DNA from: an uncultured Planctomycetaceae bacterium | Lineage (GTDB): Bacteria; Planctomycetota; Planctomycetia; Planctomycetales; Planctomycetaceae | Direction of reading: 5' to 3' | NCBI GenBank assembly: GCA_963815195.1 | Contig: CAWFGE010000013.1 | Coordinates: 128,001 to 192,000 of the forward strand | DNA: 64,000 nucleotides | Part shown: piece by piece, positions 21,180-32,042 of the stretch | How the letters are laid out: every line of letters starts with the position of its first letter | Position numbering within the stretch: position 1 is the stretch's first letter | Made by a program: the position numbers and the translations under genes | The notes under the pieces: model-generated | The model's database searches: none | Told to the model about the DNA's origin: nothing | The model's input: only the letters and a program-made list of their open reading frames with translations

Positions 21180-22376
21180 TCACTTCTCCGCAATCAGCTT
21201 TTCCACTAGCGGCGTGATGTCTTTCGCGTAGGTGAACTCGCCGGCATCCTCGTCGAACCGCTTTCGCAGCTTGCCGTCCCGGTCGTACACGTAAACGGCC
21301 GGGATGGAAGCCAAATCGAGCTTGGCATAGATTGTCTCATCCTTTTCGCTCGACATAAAGTTGGGGAACGTCGCCTTTTGTCCTTTCAAAAACTTGAGCA
21401 CGTCCGGCTTGAGGTCGTCCACCTTGTCCAGGCCCACGTAATCCAAATTGAAGGACATGCAGACCACGTCGGTTTTGTGCTCCTTGTGGAGTTTGACCAG
21501 GTTGGGAAACTCCCGCATACAAGGCGGGCAGTAGTTGGACCACAAATCGAGCACCACGACCTTGCCGCGATGGTCGGCCACCTGTTTCTTTAAGCCCGCC
21601 CAATCTCGGACCTGAACCTGGACCGTTTCCGAAGGTTTTGCCGCGTTGTTAGTTTGTTTATCGTCTTGGGGTTTGGGGTTCTTTGCTTTGCTGTCTTCCT
21701 GTTCGGGTTGGACGTTCTTTGCCTCGCTGCCTTCCTCGTTCGGTTGTTGGGATTCTGCGGGCGGGGTGTAGGGTTCCTTGATGAGCTTCTCGACGAAGGG
21801 GATCACATCCTTGCGATAGCTGAACGGCTCTTCGCCCTCGCCCTGGAAGAACGTCTTGCGTTTCTGGCCCGTCTTGTCGAACACCAGCACCGCGGGCATT
21901 CCGAAGATCCCAAGTTTCTGCTGCAACAACTCGTCGGGCACGCTGGAAACGCCGTTTTGGAAGTTCGCCCCGTGCTTCTTGGCGAAATCCAACACCATGT
22001 TGGTGTAGGATTCCGGGGGCATGCTTCCGTTGTAATCGGTGTCGAGCGCGATCGCGGCCACGTCGTTCCGGAGGAGTTTTTTCAGCCGGACGAACTCGTC
22101 GAACCAGTGATCCTTCGTTTCATGCCAGGACGCCCACAGGTGGACCACCACGACCTTGCCCCGATGCTGATGCACCGCTTCGAGGGTTTGGTCCCAGTTC
22201 CACACCGCGACGGTGGGTTCGCCGGGGAGCGGCGGACCCAGATCCTCTTCCGGCGGCTTCGGGGCAGGATTGCCGCCGGTTTCGGATTTGTCGGGGGTTT
22301 TTTCGTTCCCGCAACCGCCGCATCCCGCCAACAACGTCAAAAACATCAAAACCAGGCACTGAAGACTGCGTTTCAT
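21180..22376 (-). CDS. TlpA-like lipoprotein with two thioredoxin-fold domains
   Basis: LAGC lipobox; two RGKVVV..W domains, the second with WSNYCPPC. Confidence 0.85.
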   Translation of the reverse strand: MKRSLQCLVLMFLTLLAGCGGCGNEKTPDKSETGGNPAPKPPEEDLGPPLPGEPTVAVWNWDQTLEAVHQHRGKVVVVHLWASWHETKDHWFDEFVRLKKLLRNDVAAIALDTDYNGSMPPESYTNMVLDFAKKHGANFQNGVSSVPDELLQQKLGIFGMPAVLVFDKTGQKRKTFFQGEGEEPFSYRKDVIPFVEKLIKEPYTPPAESQQPNEEGSEAKNVQPEQEDSKAKNPKPQDDKQTNNAAKPSETVQVQVRDWAGLKKQVADHRGKVVVLDLWSNYCPPCMREFPNLVKLHKEHKTDVVCMSFNLDYVGLDKVDDLKPDVLKFLKGQKATFPNFMSSEKDETIYAKLDLASIPAVYVYDRDGKLRKRFDEDAGEFTYAKDITPLVEKLIAEK

Positions 22377-22530
22377 CTCACATTCCAAGTTACGCGAAAA
22401 TCAACCGTGGTGAAAGGGGAGTCTGGTCATTCTCATTCAGCCGGGAGTTTTCTGCAAGGCGACTCGGGAAGTCTCCCGGTAAGATTTTTTCCGCGGCCGC
22501 CTCCGCCCGCCAAATCGTATTCCCGGCACG

Positions 22531-22607
22531 GGTGGCACGCTCTTGAGCGCAGCGAATGGCGTGGCATTCACCTAGATCACGCCCTTCGTTCCTCAGGGCG
22601 TGCCACC
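22531..22607. repeat. REP-like palindrome family B
   Basis: GGTGGCACGCTCTTGAG...CTCAGGGCGTGCCACC with inner CGAATGGCGTG/CACGCCCTTCG. Confidence 0.65.
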
Positions 22608-22750
22608 GAAATCCGGCGCAAATCCCCTCAGAGTTGAATCCGGGCCCCCTTGGGCATCACAATAGAGATCGTTTTTGACCGAGAGAGAGTTCGGCACGGA
22701 ATCAGACCGCCTGCCGACGTTTGACGATTCACCATAGAGGAGATCTATTG

Positions 22751-24443
22751 ATGAAATTTCCATCGGCCGAGCGCGGAAGGTTCATTGGGTTGGGTGTGTT
22801 GACGATGTTGGCCTTGGCCTGGAGTTGGGCAGGGTCCGCCCGTGCCGCGGACGAGGCGTGGGAGACGATTTTCAACGGCAAAACGCTCGACGGCTGGGAC
22901 GGCAATCCCCAGTTCTGGAGCGTCCAAGACGGAGCCATCACCGGTCAGACCACGAAAGAAAACCCCACCAAAGGCAACACCTTCATCATCTGGCGGAAGG
23001 GCCATGTCGGCGATTTCGAATTGACGCTCGAATACAAAATCATCGGCGGGAACTCCGGCATCCAATACCGCAGCTTTGAAGTGCCCAATCAGAAATGGGT
23101 CATCGGCGGGTATCAAGGAGACTTTGAAGCCGGCAAAACGTATTCGGGAATTCTCTACGGCGAAAAATTTCGCGGCATTCTCTGCCCCCGCGGCGCGAAG
23201 ACGGAACTTGTCCGCCAGGGCGGCAAATTCGAGGTGAAAAACGTCGGCAGCCTGGGCGATTCCGACGAAATCCAGTCCCACATCAAATCCGAGGACTGGA
23301 ACACCTACCGCATCGTCGCCCAGGGCTTTCATTTCCAACACTCTATCAACGGCGTCCAAACCGCCGACTGTGTTGACAAAGACGAGAAGGAACGCCGAGC
23401 CGAAGGTTTGCTCGCCTTGCAACTCCACGCCGGCCCCCCGATGAAGGTGCAGTTCAAGAACATCAAACTCAAACGGGCCGGCGGCGACAAGACCGCCGTT
23501 CTGGAAGCGGATGCGGAACCGCAAACGGTGGCCGCTTGTGGCGCAGGAGGAATCCAAAACGAAGGATGTGAAAAAAGTCGTCCTGATCGCCGGCCGCAAG
23601 AGCCACGGCTATGGGGCCCACGAGCACAAAGCCGGCTGCATGCTCTTGGCGGAAGCCCTCAACAACAGCGGCCTGCCGATTAAAGCCGAGGTCGTCACCG
23701 GCGGCTGGCCCAAGGATGAATCCATCTTGGATGATGCCGACAGCATTGTGGTTTACGCCGACGGCGGCGGCGGGCATCCGTTTAACAATCATCTCGACAA
23801 GCTCAATGACCTGATGAAAAAAGGCGTGGGGCTGGTCTGCATTCATTATGGAGTGGAAGTCCCCAAGGGGCCGTCCGGCGAGGCGTTTCTCGAATGGACC
23901 GGCGGGTATTTTGAACCGGACTGGTCGGTCAATCCGCATTGGGACGCCGACTACGAGAAGTTGCCCTGCCATCAGATCACGCGGGGCGTTAGGCCGTTCA
24001 AGATCAACGATGAATGGTACTACCATATGCGGTTCCGCGATCAGATGGCGGGCATCAGGCCGATCCTTTCCGACCTGCCGCCCCAGTCCACGCTCAGCCG
24101 GCCCGACGGTCCGCACAGTGGCAACCCGGCCGTGCGGAAAGCCGTCGCCAACGGTGAAATCCAGCACATGGCCTGGGCGACCGAGCGGGAAGACGGCGGC
24201 CGGGGCTTCGGCTTCACCGGCGGGCATTTCCATTGGAACTGGGGCAACGACCAGTTCCGCAAGCTGATGCTCAACGCCATCGCCTGGACCGCCCAAATGA
24301 AAATCCCCAAGTCCGGCGTGACTTCCAAGGAACTCACCGTCCGAGACCTGATGGCCAACCAGGACGAAGACGTTCCCGGCAATTTCAACCCCGAACGCAT
24401 CCAAAAAATGCTCGACGAATGGAATCAAAAGAAATCCAAATAG
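22751..24443 (+). CDS. secreted DUF1080 (3-keto-disaccharide hydrolase-like) + ThuA-like protein (frameshift near 23538)
   Basis: FNGKTLDGWDG, NSGIQYRS, ALQLHAGPPMKVQFKNI; then SHGYGAHEH, DEWYYHMRF, RGFGFTGGHFHWNW. Confidence 0.8.
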
Positions 24444-24694
24444 CCAGGGCGTCAGCCCCATGATGTCGGGATCAAACCGAAACGTTCCCAACGCGTTTCC
24501 AGAGGGCGGCCCTTTCCCCAAGGGTCTGCCCAGTTTTTTCCCAATTCTGCGAAAACCAATTTCGTGAAAATCGTACAATACAATTCCCACTTCTCCCGCG
24601 TCGGCGACCCAGGTGAGCCGATGGAATACAAATACCTCAAAGAACGCCGCTCTCTCGCGGAAGGCAATTCGTTTCGAAACGAAAGAGTTGTTTC

Positions 24695-26644
24695 ATGTCC
24701 CCTCGCACGGATCAACCTTCGACGGATGTGAGATCGAGGCTTCAACTTCGCGTCATGGTCTGTTCGGCGGCGGCTCTTGGGCTTGCGATCGGAGGGTATT
24801 TCTGGTTCGATTCCGAGCGAATCCCTCCTCGGCCGGACAAGAATCCCCCTCGAAGTTCCGACCGCTTCCGCCTGCCGGACGTTCTCCCCGCGCGTTTTCG
24901 CAATGCTTCAACGTCGGTCGAGTATGTGGGGAACCGGGCCTGCGTGGAGTGCCATCCCGGAGAACACGAAACGTACCTCAAGACAACCCACAGCCGATCT
25001 CTGGCCGACATCGATGTTTCGCGGGAGCCGCCGAGCGCCGAGTTTCACCATGAACTTTCCGGCCGGCATTATCGAGTCTACCGCGCCGGGCCGACGCTGC
25101 GGATGAGCGAGTTCGTGCGGACGGCCGGCGGAGAAGAAACCGTCTTGGTGGATGTCGCCGTGCGGTACGTGATCGGCTCCGGAAACTATGCGCGAAGCTA
25201 CCTGGTGCAGAGCGACGATTTTCTGATCGAGGCCCCGCTGACGTGGTATCCGCACCGAAACCGTTGGGGCATGTCGGCGGGCTACGAGAAGGATCCGCTG
25301 CAAATGGGATTCAGCCGCGAGATCGGGTGGGGCTGCATGAACTGTCACACCGGCCGGACCGAACAAGTCGGCGGCGCGGATTTGCGGATGAAGGTTGTCG
25401 AATCGGCGATCAGCTGTGAGCGCTGCCACGGTCCCGGCGGATTGCACGTCAAGGAACGCCGCGCGATCCGGCCGATTCGGGGGAGCGTGGACGATTCGAT
25501 CGTTAACCTGCGGCATCTCTCGCGGGAGCGGCAGGAAGACGTGTGCGCCCAATGTCATTTGTCGTCCCTCGCCAATGTCGATGTCCGCGGCCGGAGCGTT
25601 GCGGACTTTCGCCCGGGGATGCGGATGAGCGACTTTCGCGTCAGCTATCGGATCGATCGGCCGGGGGCCGCGCGGACGGTGAGCGGCCAGATCGAACAGA
25701 TGCGGCTCAGTCGTTGCTACACCGAGTCCAAAACCATGACGTGCACCACGTGCCACGATCCTCATGCTCTTCCCAAGGAATCGGAGAAAGTGGCCTATTT
25801 TCGCGGCAAGTGCCTGAACTGCCACGACGCCGGCGCGTGCAGGGCGCCCGTCGAAGTCCGGCACGAAACAAAGCCCGCGGACAATTGCATGGAATGCCAC
25901 ATGCCGAAAGGTCCTACGGACATTCCGCACCTGTCCTTCTCGCATCACTACGTCGGAATCCACCCGAATGACGCGCCGAAAGTCAAATACAATGCCTCGG
26001 ACCAACTGATTGCGGATGGGGACATTTCCCATTGGCCCAAACTCGAACAGCTCCGCCTGCTCGGCGCGGCCAACGACATTTTCGCCGGGAAGCTCAAGAC
26101 GGGGCTGAACGATGAGTCGCGCGGCGACCCCGCGTACCGCGCCTTGGGAGACGTGTTCCAGAATCGAGCCCGGCTCCTGCTGGAGAAGGTCCGAGACCAG
26201 GGGCTAAAAGATCCCGAAGTCGAAGTGTTCTTCAGCCGGCTCTCCTGGAGAAAAGACCCGGCACTTTGCATCGCGCATTCGCAGTCGGCCCTCGAGTCAA
26301 AGCATCTCCGCCCCGAACTCCGGCGGACGGCTTTGTACAATCTGGCATCGACGCGATTCGATTTGGGCCAATACGACCAGGCTATGCCCTCCCTGCAAAC
26401 ATTGGTGACGTTGGAGCCGAATGAAATCCCGTTGATGCTTTTGGGAATCTGTTATCAGAAACAAGGCAACCTTCCCGAAGCCGTGCGGCTGTTCAGCCAG
26501 GCGATCCTGGCCGAGCCGACGCGCGCGGACCTGCACACTTACCTGGCGTCCGTCTATCGCCAGATGGGGAAACACGACGAAGCGGAAAAACACCTGAAAC
26601 GGGCACGCCTGTTAAGCGAGAACGTGCCCCAATTCCCGGAATAG
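24695..26644 (+). CDS. multiheme c-type cytochrome with C-terminal TPRs
   Basis: 7 CxxCH motifs (CVECH, CMNCH, CERCH, CAQCH, CTTCH, CLNCH, CMECH), N-terminal TM, TPR tail. Confidence 0.88.
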   Translation: MSPRTDQPSTDVRSRLQLRVMVCSAAALGLAIGGYFWFDSERIPPRPDKNPPRSSDRFRLPDVLPARFRNASTSVEYVGNRACVECHPGEHETYLKTTHSRSLADIDVSREPPSAEFHHELSGRHYRVYRAGPTLRMSEFVRTAGGEETVLVDVAVRYVIGSGNYARSYLVQSDDFLIEAPLTWYPHRNRWGMSAGYEKDPLQMGFSREIGWGCMNCHTGRTEQVGGADLRMKVVESAISCERCHGPGGLHVKERRAIRPIRGSVDDSIVNLRHLSRERQEDVCAQCHLSSLANVDVRGRSVADFRPGMRMSDFRVSYRIDRPGAARTVSGQIEQMRLSRCYTESKTMTCTTCHDPHALPKESEKVAYFRGKCLNCHDAGACRAPVEVRHETKPADNCMECHMPKGPTDIPHLSFSHHYVGIHPNDAPKVKYNASDQLIADGDISHWPKLEQLRLLGAANDIFAGKLKTGLNDESRGDPAYRALGDVFQNRARLLLEKVRDQGLKDPEVEVFFSRLSWRKDPALCIAHSQSALESKHLRPELRRTALYNLASTRFDLGQYDQAMPSLQTLVTLEPNEIPLMLLGICYQKQGNLPEAVRLFSQAILAEPTRADLHTYLASVYRQMGKHDEAEKHLKRARLLSENVPQFPE

Positions 26645-26663
26645 TCCGCATCGAAAAAAACTC

Positions 26664-26813
26664 GGCTCTTCCGGCGAATCGGGGGCCGGACGCTGATGAT
26701 CTTTTTGCGCGATGATCCATGGTGGATTTCACCTCCCCTTTTGGGAGGTGAAACAGCGCGGACAAGGAATTCTTTCACACCGTCGTCGTTCCCCCTGTTT
26801 CGCCGGAAGAACC
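26664..26813. terminator. nested inverted repeat between convergent genes, likely bidirectional terminator or MITE-like element
   Basis: TCTTCCGGCGAA/TTCGCCGGAAGA outer stem; TTTCACCTCCC/GGGAGGTGAAA inner hairpin at 26727-26753. Confidence 0.55.
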
Positions 26814-26856
26814 AAAAACTCTTGTCAATCGCGTCGAACGGCAACTTGCGTATGAG

Positions 26857-27963
26857 TCACTTGGACGCAAACGGCGAATAGGTCAAGCCGAAGGTCTTGG
26901 CGACGGCCTGGTTGGTGATTTGGCCTTTGTGCATGTTGACGGCGGCGGCGAAACCGGGATCGCTCGCGGTGGCCGAGAGCGAATGTTCGGCGAGTTTGAA
27001 GACATAGGGAAACGTCACGTTGCACAGAGCATACGTGCTGGTGCGGCCGACGGCTCCGGGCATGTTCGTCACGCAGTAATGCACGATGCCTTCGACAATA
27101 TATGTGGGCTCGGCGTGCGTGGTGGGGTGGGTCGTCTCCACGCAGCCGCCTTGATCGACGGCCACATCGATAATCACCGCCCCCTGTTTCATCAGCTTGA
27201 GATCCGCCGCATGCACCAGATTGGGGGCCCGCGCTCCGGGAATCAGCACCGCTCCGATCACCAGGTCGGCGAGTTCGAGTTGCTCGCGGATATTGTGCCG
27301 ATCGCTGAAGAGCGTATTCACATTGGCGGGCATGATGTCTTCGAGATACCGCAGCCGGTCCACGTTGATATCCAGAATCGCCACGTCCGCTTGAAAGCCC
27401 GCCGCGATCTGGGCCGCGTTCTTGCCGACGACGCCGCCGCCCAGGATCACAATGTGAGCGGGCGGCACGCCGGGCACGCCGCCCAGCAAAATGCCCCGGC
27501 CCTCCTGCGGGCGCTCCAGGTATTTCGCTCCTTCCTGGATGCTCATGCGGCCCGCGACTTCGCTCATCGGGGTCAGGCAGGGCAGATCGCCTTTGGGGCC
27601 TTTGAGGGTCTCATAAGCGATCGCGGTGACGCCGGTTTCGAGCACGTTCCGCGTGAGGTTCTCGTCGGCCGCGAAATGGAAATAGGTAAACAGCATCTGC
27701 CCCGCGCGGAGCAGCGGCCACTCGCGGGCTTGCGGCTCTTTCACCTTGACGACCAACTCGGCCTCGCGGAAGATCGCTTCCGGCGAATCGACGATCTCCG
27801 CCCCGTTTTCGAGGTACATCTCGTCGGGAATGCCGCTGCCGGCACCGGCTCCGCGCTCCACGAGCACGCGGTGCCCGGCCCGCGTCAATTCCTCCACGCC
27901 GACGGGCAACATCGCCACGCGGTACTCATCCTGCTTGATCTCTCGCGGCACGCCGACGATCAT
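26857..27963 (-). CDS. ald: alanine dehydrogenase
   Basis: MIVGVPREIK..EYRVA, KVKEP, PMSEVAGRMS, DVAVDQGGC, NMPGAV. Confidence 0.95.
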   Translation of the reverse strand: MIVGVPREIKQDEYRVAMLPVGVEELTRAGHRVLVERGAGAGSGIPDEMYLENGAEIVDSPEAIFREAELVVKVKEPQAREWPLLRAGQMLFTYFHFAADENLTRNVLETGVTAIAYETLKGPKGDLPCLTPMSEVAGRMSIQEGAKYLERPQEGRGILLGGVPGVPPAHIVILGGGVVGKNAAQIAAGFQADVAILDINVDRLRYLEDIMPANVNTLFSDRHNIREQLELADLVIGAVLIPGARAPNLVHAADLKLMKQGAVIIDVAVDQGGCVETTHPTTHAEPTYIVEGIVHYCVTNMPGAVGRTSTYALCNVTFPYVFKLAEHSLSATASDPGFAAAVNMHKGQITNQAVAKTFGLTYSPFASK

Positions 27964-28083
27964 AAGGCCATCTCCGTGACTGGGGTGAAATCGCTTGAGC
28001 GAACTGTCGCTCCACCGGTTATTTCAGCAGACGCGCCACTCCGCCGCAAGGCGGCCTCGCCAAACCTCGACTTCCACAGAACG

Positions 28084-28995
28084 ATGATGACGCCGACTTA
28101 TGATGACCGCGAACGCCGGGCCGCCGGCCGTTTGATTGAACTGGCTTTCGCCGAGGATCTGGACGAGGCGGGTGATTTAACCTGTCAGGCATTGATTCCG
28201 GATTCGGCCCGCGCGGAAGTGCTCGTGGTCGCCCGGCAACGGGGCGTGCTCGCCGGCGGCCCGGTCGCTATGCAGGTTTTTTCCACGCTCGATCCCCAAG
28301 TGGTTTGGACGCCGGAAGCGTCCGATGGGACCGAGCTATCCGCCGCAACGTGCATTGCCAAAGTTGCGGGGCCGCTGCGGTCGCTTTTGACGGGCGAGCG
28401 AACCGCGCTAAACTTTCTCACGCATCTCAGCGGAATCGCCACGTTGACGCACCGCTTCGTGGAAGCCGCCCAACCGGCGGACGTGGAGATTCTGGATACG
28501 CGGAAGACGCATCCGGGTTGGCGGATTTTGGAAAAATACGCCGTCCGCGCCGGCGGCGGGACGAACCACCGCATGGGTCTGTTTGACGGGTGTCTGATCA
28601 AAGACAACCACCTGGCGGCGTGGGAGGCGGAGCAAAGCTCTTCGTCCACCAAACCCTCGATCGCGGAAGCCGTGCGGCAGGCCCGGGTGAACGTGGGAAA
28701 CAATGTTTCCGTCGAAGTGGAAGTCGATACGCTCGATCAACTGCGGGATGCGCTCGCGGGTTCGCCGGATATTGTGCTCTTGGACAACATGCCGCCCGAA
28801 GTGCTGCGGGAAGCGGTGGCAATTCGCAACGAACTCGGACCGCAGGTGCTATTGGAAGCCTCCGGCGGGATCACATTGGAAACGATCGCAGGCATTGCGA
28901 AAACTGGCGTGGAGCGAATCAGCATCGGAGCGCTGACGCACTCCGCCCCGGCTTGCGACATTGCCTTCGATTGGTCCGGCCTGCTGCGGGGATAA
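28084..28995 (+). CDS. nadC: nicotinate-nucleotide pyrophosphorylase (QPRTase)
   Basis: ERTALNFL, DTRKTHPG, NHRMGL, IKDNH, EVEVD, LLDNM, EASGGI, ISIGALTHS. Confidence 0.95.
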   Translation: MMTPTYDDRERRAAGRLIELAFAEDLDEAGDLTCQALIPDSARAEVLVVARQRGVLAGGPVAMQVFSTLDPQVVWTPEASDGTELSAATCIAKVAGPLRSLLTGERTALNFLTHLSGIATLTHRFVEAAQPADVEILDTRKTHPGWRILEKYAVRAGGGTNHRMGLFDGCLIKDNHLAAWEAEQSSSSTKPSIAEAVRQARVNVGNNVSVEVEVDTLDQLRDALAGSPDIVLLDNMPPEVLREAVAIRNELGPQVLLEASGGITLETIAGIAKTGVERISIGALTHSAPACDIAFDWSGLLRG

Positions 28996-29008
28996 GGGCG
29001 TTGTTTTG

Positions 29009-29076
29009 TGAGCGGCGCGGCGCTAGCCGCCGATTCGGGAATCACGGAAGACCCGCGGCTAGCGCCGTGCCGCTCA
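29009..29076. repeat. REP-like family A, copy
   Basis: TGAGCGGCGCGGCGCTAGCCGC...GCGGCTAGCGCCGTGCCGCTCA between convergent genes. Confidence 0.8.
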
Positions 29077-29095
29077 AGGATTGTTCGAACGAACC

Positions 29096-31762
29096 TTACT
29101 CTTTCGCGGCGTCGAGTTCCAATTCCAGATGGGTGGACAGCGTGGTGCGGTCGATGTTGAAGTCAAGCTTCAATTGATGAAATCCGCTTAATGCCGGGAA
29201 GGTATAGCCCGCCGGAATCTTTTGGATCGAATGATAGCTCGGATGTTTCCACGCCGAGGAGACCCAAACCGGGAAGCCGCGGTCATCTTGAGTTAACTGA
29301 TATTCGCCCCCCAATCGGCAGACGGGCTCGGCTCCGAGGATGTCTTTCGCCACCTTGAGCGCCTGTTTTGGATCGACCTGAAGCTGCTGGGTGAGCACCT
29401 GCAAGAACCGCGCGTTCCCCGCGGAAGCCCGGCGGGCCCGCAAATAGGAATGGGCGCTCATGATCTTCGCGATTTGCGTGTCCGCCAGGCGATTGACCCA
29501 CACCCGCAGCTGCGCGGGCGGATCGGCCCCTTCCATTTTTAGATTCGTGCGGATCTCCTCCTGGTCCGCGGCATCGTAGGGGTAGAAAAATATCGAAGCC
29601 TTCGCGAGCGATTTTTCTTGACCGGGATTCGCGGCGGCTTCGTTTTGCTTGTCTTTGTCGGCTTGTTCGGGATTGATTTCGAACTGGGACAATAAGCCGT
29701 AATAAATCGGCGGCGTGATCGTTTCGAAAACCTGGCCGTGCTCGATCTGGAATTTCAAATCGGACGCGGGCACGTCCCGGACGCCCGCAAAACCGAACTG
29801 CTTTTGCAGAAATCCCCGCTGCCCGAAGTTGATCGTCACCTGGGCCAGGTCGCCGGCGAGCGGAACGAGCCGCCAAGGCGTCGCCGGTCCCAAGCTGTCG
29901 GCGAGCGACTGATAATGCCGGCGGGCATAGGGCGTGATGTGCACATCGACCGAAATGCGCTCGCGGCCGCCCTGGGCGGGTTCGCGTTTGATGGCCAGCA
30001 TCGCCGGGTCCATCCGCTCCCATTGGCTGCGATAAAACCGCGAGAACTCTTCGTAGGCCCGGAGCTCCGAGTCGGTCAGCTCATCCACATCGACGTCGGC
30101 CACGGGCAAAAACGCGCCCCGGGCCCCGCGGAGGCTGTCGGCGATCCGGCCGTTCTCCAGCACCGTATGGCTGCCGTCCGGTCGGGTCAGAAAATCCTTG
30201 GGCAAAAAGCCCCCATCCATGAGTTGATGGATCGTTCGATGCTCCGCGTCTTCGGCCGTGGCCGCGAGTTGGGCCAGATGCACGAGTTCGATCTCGGCGA
30301 GGGCCTGCATGCGGCGGGTCATCTCCACCCGGTACTTCGGCCCCACGAACTGGCGGAAGAACAAATCGGACAGATACACAAAACAGGCATCGTCCCGCGA
30401 GGCGGGCATCAGATGCCTGGCGTACAAAAACTCGTCCAAACCGGCGAGCGAATCATCGCCTTGGCCGGCTTCGTAAAACCGCCGCACGATTTCCCGCGAG
30501 GTCGAGACCAAATGGTAATTCCCGTCCACGGCATAAAATGCGCGGATGGTGTTGTCGGGCGTGGAAAGAAACGACACCTCGTGCCCCGCGATGCGTTCGG
30601 TCTTGTGCCGGGCCGCGGGTTCCGCGGCTTGGATTTCCTTTCGCAGGCGGTCGAGTTGAACCTTGAGGAGCGAGGAATTGCGGGCTTCGAAAATGATGCC
30701 GATGGACGCCCCTTCGCGGACAAACGTGTCGGTCCCGACGATTGCGACATCGGAGATCAGCGTGTCGCCGAACAGCTTGGAGAGCAGCGTTTCCTTGAGG
30801 GCGAGTTGATGTTCGAGCTCGTCGCGAATGCCATAGTTCCAGCCGCGAAGCGCGGTGAGGTCGCGGGCCATCGCCCCCCAATGCGTGAGGTTCGAACGAA
30901 GCCACTCGAAGTTCTTGAAGTTTCCGCAGCGGACGTAAAAGCACTCGGCGGGGACATGCCCGGCGATCGGTTCGGCGGTGACTTGGGATTTATCGAACTT
31001 GGGCAGCGTGATCGCCGGCGGGGCGGCGGCTTTGGGCAGTTTTCGCGTCGTCGGCTCGTCGCGGCGGGTGTGACGCAGCACCGTGTCGCGCTGCATGGCG
31101 ACGCGAATCGACTCCGCCCCCAACAACAACCCGAACGCCGAGTCCACATCGCTGCGGCCGGACCAGGGGTTGGACAACTGCGGGGGCGTGAGATCCAACC
31201 GCTTTGCGAGCATTGTCACCAGGTAGTTCTCGATCTGCGGCGGATAGGCGTCGAGTTCCGCGCGCTTCTGCACCGCGTAAACATAGCGGTTCCACCATTC
31301 GCGGAGCAATTTTTTGTGCGACTGTTCATCGGCATCCGGCCGGGGCGTCAAGGTTTTCTCGACCGTTTGCCCGTCCGGCAATCGCCAGGTGAGTTTCAGC
31401 GGGTCTTTGCCTTGGAACAGGAAGAAGGCCTCGATCGTGCTCGCATTGTGCGGCCGGTCGGCTTGCGACCAGTCTTCGCCTTCGCCGTCGGACAGGGGAA
31501 ACACCGGGTAAAGCAGCGTTTGTTTCTCCGCCGTCAACCGGGACCACGGACGGTCCGGCAGAATCGGAAACCGCCCCGCCTTGGCCGTGACCTTCAAATG
31601 CCCCACACTGTAGGGTTCCCCCCAAATCGCCTCCGCGGTGATTTGATCTTTCTCAATCTGCACGGCCCCTTCATCCGCGGCACGGGCAGAAGCCGTCCCC
31701 AAAAGGCCGAGTAAAATCGCAGGCATCAACATCCGCACGGACCGCGATGAGAAGAGATTCAT
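29096..31762 (-). CDS. large secreted hypothetical protein (~888 aa)
   Basis: Long intact ORF; signal peptide ending ASARA; GGAG RBS; no family recognised. Confidence 0.8.
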   Translation of the reverse strand: MNLFSSRSVRMLMPAILLGLLGTASARAADEGAVQIEKDQITAEAIWGEPYSVGHLKVTAKAGRFPILPDRPWSRLTAEKQTLLYPVFPLSDGEGEDWSQADRPHNASTIEAFFLFQGKDPLKLTWRLPDGQTVEKTLTPRPDADEQSHKKLLREWWNRYVYAVQKRAELDAYPPQIENYLVTMLAKRLDLTPPQLSNPWSGRSDVDSAFGLLLGAESIRVAMQRDTVLRHTRRDEPTTRKLPKAAAPPAITLPKFDKSQVTAEPIAGHVPAECFYVRCGNFKNFEWLRSNLTHWGAMARDLTALRGWNYGIRDELEHQLALKETLLSKLFGDTLISDVAIVGTDTFVREGASIGIIFEARNSSLLKVQLDRLRKEIQAAEPAARHKTERIAGHEVSFLSTPDNTIRAFYAVDGNYHLVSTSREIVRRFYEAGQGDDSLAGLDEFLYARHLMPASRDDACFVYLSDLFFRQFVGPKYRVEMTRRMQALAEIELVHLAQLAATAEDAEHRTIHQLMDGGFLPKDFLTRPDGSHTVLENGRIADSLRGARGAFLPVADVDVDELTDSELRAYEEFSRFYRSQWERMDPAMLAIKREPAQGGRERISVDVHITPYARRHYQSLADSLGPATPWRLVPLAGDLAQVTINFGQRGFLQKQFGFAGVRDVPASDLKFQIEHGQVFETITPPIYYGLLSQFEINPEQADKDKQNEAAANPGQEKSLAKASIFFYPYDAADQEEIRTNLKMEGADPPAQLRVWVNRLADTQIAKIMSAHSYLRARRASAGNARFLQVLTQQLQVDPKQALKVAKDILGAEPVCRLGGEYQLTQDDRGFPVWVSSAWKHPSYHSIQKIPAGYTFPALSGFHQLKLDFNIDRTTLSTHLELELDAAKE

Positions 31763-31892
31763 AGTTCCCACTCCTTGCCAGAGGCTGTTTTCAAGACACC
31801 GAATCGTCGCCGGGGTTATCAACCTATACCCGGTGAGACGGTGTCGGGTTTCGAGAGATCGGGCGCGGCTCCGGCGATAGCCGCCGGTTTTT

Positions 31893-31975
31893 GTGAGCGG
31901 CACGGCGCTAGCCGCCGGCCTTGTGATATCCAAATTTCCATTGAAAAGGCCGGGGGCTAGCGCGCTTCCGCTCAC
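31893..31975. repeat. REP-like family A, copy (degenerate extra arm at ~31866-31888)
   Basis: GTGAGCGGCACGGCGCTAGCCGCCGGCCTT...AAGGCCGGGGGCTAGCGCGCTTCCGCTCAC. Confidence 0.8.
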
Positions 31976-32042
31976 ATTTTGCGGCTTCGCGCAACTTCAA
32001 AACTTGGGGCTAATACTAGAGAATGACGTTTTCTGATAGGCT

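Noticed and set aside
26920..28083. Long N-terminal extension of nadC (691-aa ORF)
   Set aside because: Antisense shadow of ald; NadC similarity starts near 28084.
31778..31852. IS-like end AGAGGCTGTTTTCAA plus hairpin
   Set aside because: No clean matching inverted end, target duplication or transposase.
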